DNA from: Eledone cirrhosa | Taxonomy: Eukaryota | DNA length: 64,000 nucleotides | Assembly (NCBI GenBank): GCA_964016885.1 | Contig: OZ024750.1 | Location: 19,034,001-19,098,000, forward strand | Direction of reading: 5' to 3' | Part shown: in pieces, positions 57,356-64,000 of the stretch | How positions within the stretch are numbered: position 1 is the first letter of the stretch | Layout of the letters: each line of letters opens with the position of its first letter | The notes under the pieces: generated by a model | Told to the model about the DNA's origin: nothing | The model's database searches: none | The model's input: the letters and a program-made list of their open reading frames with translations, nothing else | Translations under genes and position numbers: made by a program

Positions 57356-57489
57356 CATGGAACACTTTTAACCATCTTTTGATCTTATATCTTCAAAGCG
57401 ATGAAATGCCTATGATGGTTGGAAGACCACTGATGAAGGACAAACTTTTTTCATATGTAACCCATTTGCAACTCCGCAGCGTCCTTATT

Positions 57490-57530
<41 letters not shown>

Positions 57531-57583
57531 ATTTAAAACTGCACTATCCACAACTGTTTTTTAACCTTCATATCATGTCTCCC

Positions 57584-57654
57584 TATTTTATCTGACGAAA
57601 ACGCAAATGTCATCGCATGAAGATATTTGTTTTTGAAATGCGCATCATAAAATA
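57584..57654 (+). ncRNA. Type I minimal hammerhead (family B) in element 57527-57688
   Basis: tattttat-CTGACGA-...-GAAA-t-gcgc-a-TC/ataaaata. Confidence 0.85.
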
Positions 57655-57690
57655 CATGGAACTCTTTTAACCATCTTTTGATCTTATATA

Positions 57691-57750
<60 letters not shown>

Positions 57751-57954
57751 GTGTGAGATACATAACCCTCACAAGGCACAACTTAAATACGTCTAGTTGA
57801 AATGTTGAGTCAGAATGGTCCATAAATTATAGATTAGTTTTGGCTATGATCAAAGTTTTAGAGGAAGTATACAAACAAAACTTACGAATCATGAGTAGAG
57901 CCGTATATAAATAATATATACATATATTTACGTAAGGTAATCTTTCATATTTTC

Positions 57955-59080
57955 CTCTCCCTCCTCCTCCTTCTTCTTCTTCTTCTTCTTCTTCTTCTTC
58001 TTCTTCTTCAACAACCACCACAACTACAACCACCATCGCAACACCAACACCAGCACCACCAGCACTACCGTACCCACCCCAAATAAAAATCACCATAAAC
58101 CACAACCACAACCACTATCACTATAACCACCAACACCATTATAACCACCACCACTACTACTACCACCACTACCACCACCATTACTACCACCACCACTAAC
58201 AACGCAACCACAACCACAACCACCACCAACAACGCAACCACAGCCACAACCACCACCACAACAACCATCACCACTATCACCACCACAACAACCATCACTA
58301 CCACTACAACCACCACAACCACCATAACTACCATCACCACCACCACCAAAACCACCACAACAACCACCAACACTACCACTACCACCATCACCGCCACTAC
58401 AACCACCACAACTACCACCACCACCACCACTATAACCATCAGCGCCACTACAACCACCACAACTACCACCTCAATCACAACTACCAGAATCACCACAACC
58501 ACAACACTACCAACACCACAACCACCACAACAACCACCACCATTACAACTACCACCATCACCACCACAAACACCACAACTACCACTATCACAGCACAGCC
58601 ACCATTACCCCCACCACAACTACAACATCACCAACACCACCACAACTACCACCACAACCACAACTACAACACCACAACTACTGCCATCACTACAACCACC
58701 ACAACTAACACCACCACCACCACCACAACTACAACCCCCCCCATCACTACAACCACCACGACTACCACCACCACCACCACCACCACCACCACCACAACTA
58801 CAACACCACCGCCACCACCACTACCACAGCACAGCCACCACCACTACAACCACAACTACAACACCACCAACACCACCACAACTACCACCACCACCATCAC
58901 CACCACAACTACAACACCACAACTACCACCATCACAGCACAGCCACCATTACCACCACCACAACTACAACACCACCACCACCACCACCACCACCATCCCT
59001 ACAACCACCACAACTGCCACCACCACCACAACTACAACACCACCACCACCATCACAGCACAACCACCACTACCATAAAAA
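57955..59080. repeat. Degenerate (ACC)n/(ACA)n/(ACT)n trinucleotide tract
   Basis: Direct inspection. Confidence 0.9.
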
Positions 59081-59251
59081 CAACCATATTCCAGAGTCAA
59101 ACCAGTGAAACTGTCTGTTCAAGATGGCAGCCGAAAATATTCACATTCATCGTTATATCTTCTTCCTTTTCTTAACACATGAGAATGTTTTTTTAATTAT
59201 TTCCCGGTTACGTGACTTTGTAACTAAAGTTCCATCGCACACACACACACA

Positions 59252-59335
<84 letters not shown>

Positions 59336-59469
59336 CATATCTATGTATATGTATATATATATATATATATATAGTGAAAAATGGAACGGGAACAAAACAG
59401 AGAGGCAGTACGAACAAAGGTTTATTAGTTTCACGCTCTTGAGAGTGGGGGGTGGGGTGGGGACGACGA

Positions 59470-59508
59470 CGACGACGACGTTTCGGGCATAAACCCTTCT
59501 TCAGGCGA
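59470..59508 (-). ncRNA. Hammerhead core remnant
   Basis: rc: CUGAAGA-A-GGG-UUUAUG-CCC-GAAA-C-GUC-G-UC; stem I lost into a (GTC)n run. Confidence 0.45.
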
Positions 59509-59839
59509 AAAGTGTGTGGGAAGAGAGTTCCAAGGATGTGCAGGGGAGTGGGGGGAGAGACATTTAGAAAACAGGGGTGAGAGGAAACGGTGGAAGGGGT
59601 ACAAATGGAAATAAATATAAAATATATATATATATATATATATATATAAACATATATATATAATATATAAACATATATATATATATATATACATATACAT
59701 ACATATATATATATACATATAAATATTTACATATATAAAAATAAAATTATATATATATAACCATATAAATATATATATATATATTATATGTTTATATATA
59801 TATATATACATATATAAACACAAAATTATATATATATAA

Positions 59840-59892
<53 letters not shown>

Positions 59893-60049
59893 CATATGTA
59901 TATATATATATACATTTATTTTTTTATATATATATATATACATGTGTGTGTGTATATGTGTGTGTGTGTGTGCAAGTATATATATATATATATATAAATA
60001 TATCATTCATATGATTACACTCGCAACAACGCAGCACGCCATTTTTTCC

Positions 60050-60129
<80 letters not shown>

Positions 60130-60133
60130 CAAG

Positions 60134-60168
<35 letters not shown>

Positions 60169-61039
60169 TTGTGTGCATATATATATATATATAACTTGCG
60201 TACAACCACATTCCCCTCCCAACACACCAGGTTACCTCTGTTTTATATACTTTTCTTGGCACTTCTTCCTGTTTTGAAACTTGGTTCATTGGTAAAGTGT
60301 AATGGTGCTGTAGTGATGGCTGGTTGGTTGGTGTATTTGTTCGTTGGTTAACTAGTTAGCAGATATTTCTTGATTATTTTAATTAGCTCAGAATCTTATG
60401 TATGTATGTATGTATGTATGTATGTATGTATGTATGTATGTATGTACCAGAGTTTTCAAGTTGCTGGCTGGACTAAAAAAGTCACACTCGTTCAGCGCAT
60501 CGGTAGGAGTTCTCCTACATGGATGTAAGGTAGTGGCCGTACTCGAAAACGAGTTGGCAGCCACCATGTATGTATGTATGTATGTATGTGTGTATGTATG
60601 TGTTATCTCTTTCTCTTAATTTCGAGTATAATTTTGACCGGCCACCTTCCTGGTGGCAAGGTTGTAAAAGATAAGAAATTGTCATCCTTTGAATCGCAAG
60701 AATGTTTTGCAAATTTTGTATGTATGTATGTATGTATGTATGTATGTATGTATGTATGTATGTATGTATGTATGTATGTATGTATGTATGTATGTATGTA
60801 TGTATGTATGTGTGTGTGTGTGTATGTATGTATATTCTGGTTTTATAATTTCACAAATTTTTGCCAATAGACAGAGTCGGTTCTCTGTGTGAGTGCATGT
60901 ATGGATGTTATTGTATATGTGGATATGTAGATGTGTATGTTTTGAGTTGTATGTGTGCATATGCATATATTTTGTATCTGTACGTGTCTACATGCAGTTA
61001 TTAGATGCAGAACTTTTGGAATGTTTTACATATTCTTAC

Positions 61040-61237
61040 TGTTCCATTAATGGATTCTACTTGTAATTTCCTTACTAGTCGTGTTCTTTTTATTGACATA
61101 CACAATCACAAGACATTTACTTTCTTATGTATTGCTTCTTTTACAATCACTTTTTTCGTGTTTATCACAGTCCATCTCTTCAAGTCCATGTTCTGTTCAT
61201 CACACTATTACCACACTATACCTGATAACTGCAACTG
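61040..61237 (-). pseudogene. Highly decayed R4/Dong-like LINE fragment
   Basis: rc reads VAVIRYSVVIV..TEHGLEEMD..; resembles the post-RT region of R4-clade elements. Confidence 0.4.
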
Positions 61238-61412
61238 TATATACATTTATCTTCTTGTGACGCTAAACTCCGCCAGTTGCAGACTGCGCATTAACATGTG
61301 ATATCTCTCTCCACAAAGTTCGATCACCAGCAGTAGAGTTCAAAGAGTAAAGAACAAGTCCAGTTCATAAGTTGACATTGTCAAGTCATCGTTATACATT
61401 TATAGCCAACAT

Positions 61413-61597
61413 GGCCGTGGATTGGCAGTATCGGTAGAGGGTCGGACGCCATGCTTTCCAGCATAGTTACGTCCCTTTACGATCTGAGTTCAAATCCCGC
61501 CGAGGTTGACTTTACCTTTCATCCTTACGGGGTCGATAAAATAAAGTACCAGTAATGAACTGGGGATTGCTGGCCTTGTGCCTAAAGTAGAAACAGT
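61413..61597 (+). mobile_element. Full-length SINE with 22 bp TSD gttatacatttatagccaacat
   Basis: Consensus match; TSD at 61391-61412 and ~61596-61617. Confidence 0.92.
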
Positions 61598-62059
61598 TAT
61601 ACATTTATAGCCAACATCAAATATCATGCATTGAGTTTAGGGTGTATTTCATGCTTACTGTCTCTTCCACCTATCTCATGCTAATTTAGCCATTGCAACA
61701 TGTCTCTACTGCTAACACTGGAATCATCATCATCATCTTCATCATCATTGCCCTCCTCCATCTCCTTCACCTCTTCATCATTAAGGAGTCGATAAAATAA
61801 AGTACCAGTAATGCACTGTGATAATTGCTGGCCTTGTGCCCAAAGTAGAAATAATTATCATTATCATTTTCTTCATGATTGTCCTCCTCCGTCTCCACCA
61901 CCTTTTCCTGATCATCACAATCATCCTCATCATCATCATCATCACCGCCATCATCATCATCCTCATCAACCTACTCCTCATCACACAATCATCATCATCA
62001 TGCTACCTCTCTTTCACACATCACATATTATCATGTTTACAAAAGCCTAAAATGTCTAC

Positions 62060-62090
<31 letters not shown>

Positions 62091-62634
62091 GTCGCTGTCG
62101 CCCTCGTCATCGTTCAGTAGACGAGAGTTCTTCTCCTTTTTCGCAATGTCTTCGTATTGTCACAGATCTTGCTCTGTTATAGTTGTTGTAGGTGTATATG
62201 GTATTCTAGGGACGCAGGAGTTGGGTGGAAGAAGGTCGCATTGCTTTTATTTATCCTGGGGCCGTAAGTTACAAATCTTTGCAAGGTTTTCAAAATATTG
62301 TTTATCAGTATTTCCCATTTTTGCTCTGCGTTCTTCACACAAAAATATCGGTTTGACCTACATTTATCAATATTATTAGATAACCAGATACACACACACA
62401 CTCATACGCATACACACATACACACACATATATATATATATGTAGATGTATTTATATATATAATATGTATATGCATACATACGCACACACACACATATAT
62501 ATATATATATATGCATATATATATATGCATATATATATATGCATATATATATATGCATATATATATATATATATATATATATGCATATATATATATATAT
62601 ATGCATATACATATATATATATATATATATATGC

Positions 62635-62678
<44 letters not shown>

Positions 62679-62726
62679 GCATATACATATATATATATAT
62701 ATGCATATATATATATATATATATGC

Positions 62727-62798
<72 letters not shown>

Positions 62799-62846
62799 GC
62801 ATATACATATATATATATATATGCATATATATATATATATATATGC

Positions 62847-62911
<65 letters not shown>

Positions 62912-63039
62912 GGTTGTATGTCTCCAGGCAAAATAGAAAGCAAGAACATAATTCGATTATTTCTTCCGACAAGTTCATATATATGTATGTATATATATAT
63001 ATATATACACATACATATGTATGAACTGTGTAATGTATG

Positions 63040-63120
<81 letters not shown>

Positions 63121-63240
63121 ACATATATATATATATATCATTATATATGTATATATCTCTCTCTCTCTATATATATAGCTATACATAAATATATAGATAT
63201 ACTTACATATATATATATATATTTACGCGCACACACACAA

Positions 63241-63278
<38 letters not shown>

Positions 63279-63434
63279 GCATATATATATATATATATAC
63301 ACACACATATATATGTATTCACACACACACAGAGACACACATATAAATCGAATTAAGATAATAGAAAGGAGAATTCTTTCTGTCTTAATTTGTTTTACAC
63401 GCTGTGTTAAAATGACAATATTTCTTCTACTCAT

Positions 63435-63599
63435 GTCGGACGCCATGTTTTCCAGCATAGAGTTACGTCCCTTTACGATCTGAGTTCAAATCCCGCCGAG
63501 GTTGACTTTGCCTTTCATCCTTACGGGGTCGATAAAATAAAGTACCAGTATTGCACTGGGATAATTGCTGGCCTTGTTCCAAAAGTAGAAACAATTATT
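63435..63599 (+). mobile_element. SINE, 5'-truncated
   Basis: Consensus match. Confidence 0.88.
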
Positions 63600-63893
63600 T
63601 TATCATTTTTCTGAAAGCCAGTAGTCGTCTTATACACGCAACCCTCTTCTCTAGCCACTATCAATGTTGTTCAAAGGAAGGGTAAGAGCCGCTGCACCTT
63701 GTCGCTTCAGGCGAACTCAGAGACGAGTAAAATAGAGCATACATCATGCCTAAAGTAGAAACAAATATTTCTTCTACTCTTTAAAAGTCTCCTCACTATC
63801 TGTATAAACACATTGAGCTTAAATATTCTCAATCGTAGTTTTTCTTCAAGTAACACCATTTCTTCTTATATAAACATTTGGCAGTATCGGAAG

Positions 63894-64000
63894 GGCGGTG
63901 GATTGGCAGTATCGGTAGAGGAACGGACGCCATGCTTTGCAGCAAAGAGTTACGGCCCCTTATGGTCTGAGTTCAAATCCTGCCGAAGTTAACTTTGCCT
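63894..64000 (+). mobile_element. SINE, cut by window end
   Basis: Box A/B head. Confidence 0.85.

Overview
AT-rich eukaryotic intergenic/intronic DNA, probably octopus or another cephalopod (inferred from the SINE family and extreme microsatellite load). Nearly all ORF-track hits are translations of (TA)n/(CA)n/(GA)n/(TATG)n tracts, and no host gene is supportable. Real content: (1) an intact ~5.7 kb Tx1/L1-clade LINE (ORF1 zinc knuckle; ORF2 APE-RT-CCHC) in a (TATC)n tract, plus two same-orientation stacks of its truncated relatives; (2) about 20 type I hammerhead ribozyme (HHR) motifs from about 10 sequence families in short elements embedded in (TA)n. Many are fold-back inverted repeats with palindromic stem III loops, some have 50-115 nt stem II domains or recurrent core variants, and a decayed Penelope-like RT lies in the same window; (3) a ~660 bp tandem array sharing its TA-abutting terminus with one HHR element; (4) many tRNA-derived Deu/Nin-domain SINEs, RTE, CRE and R4-like fragments, MITEs and minisatellites. 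All structures were read by eye; nothing was computed or searched.
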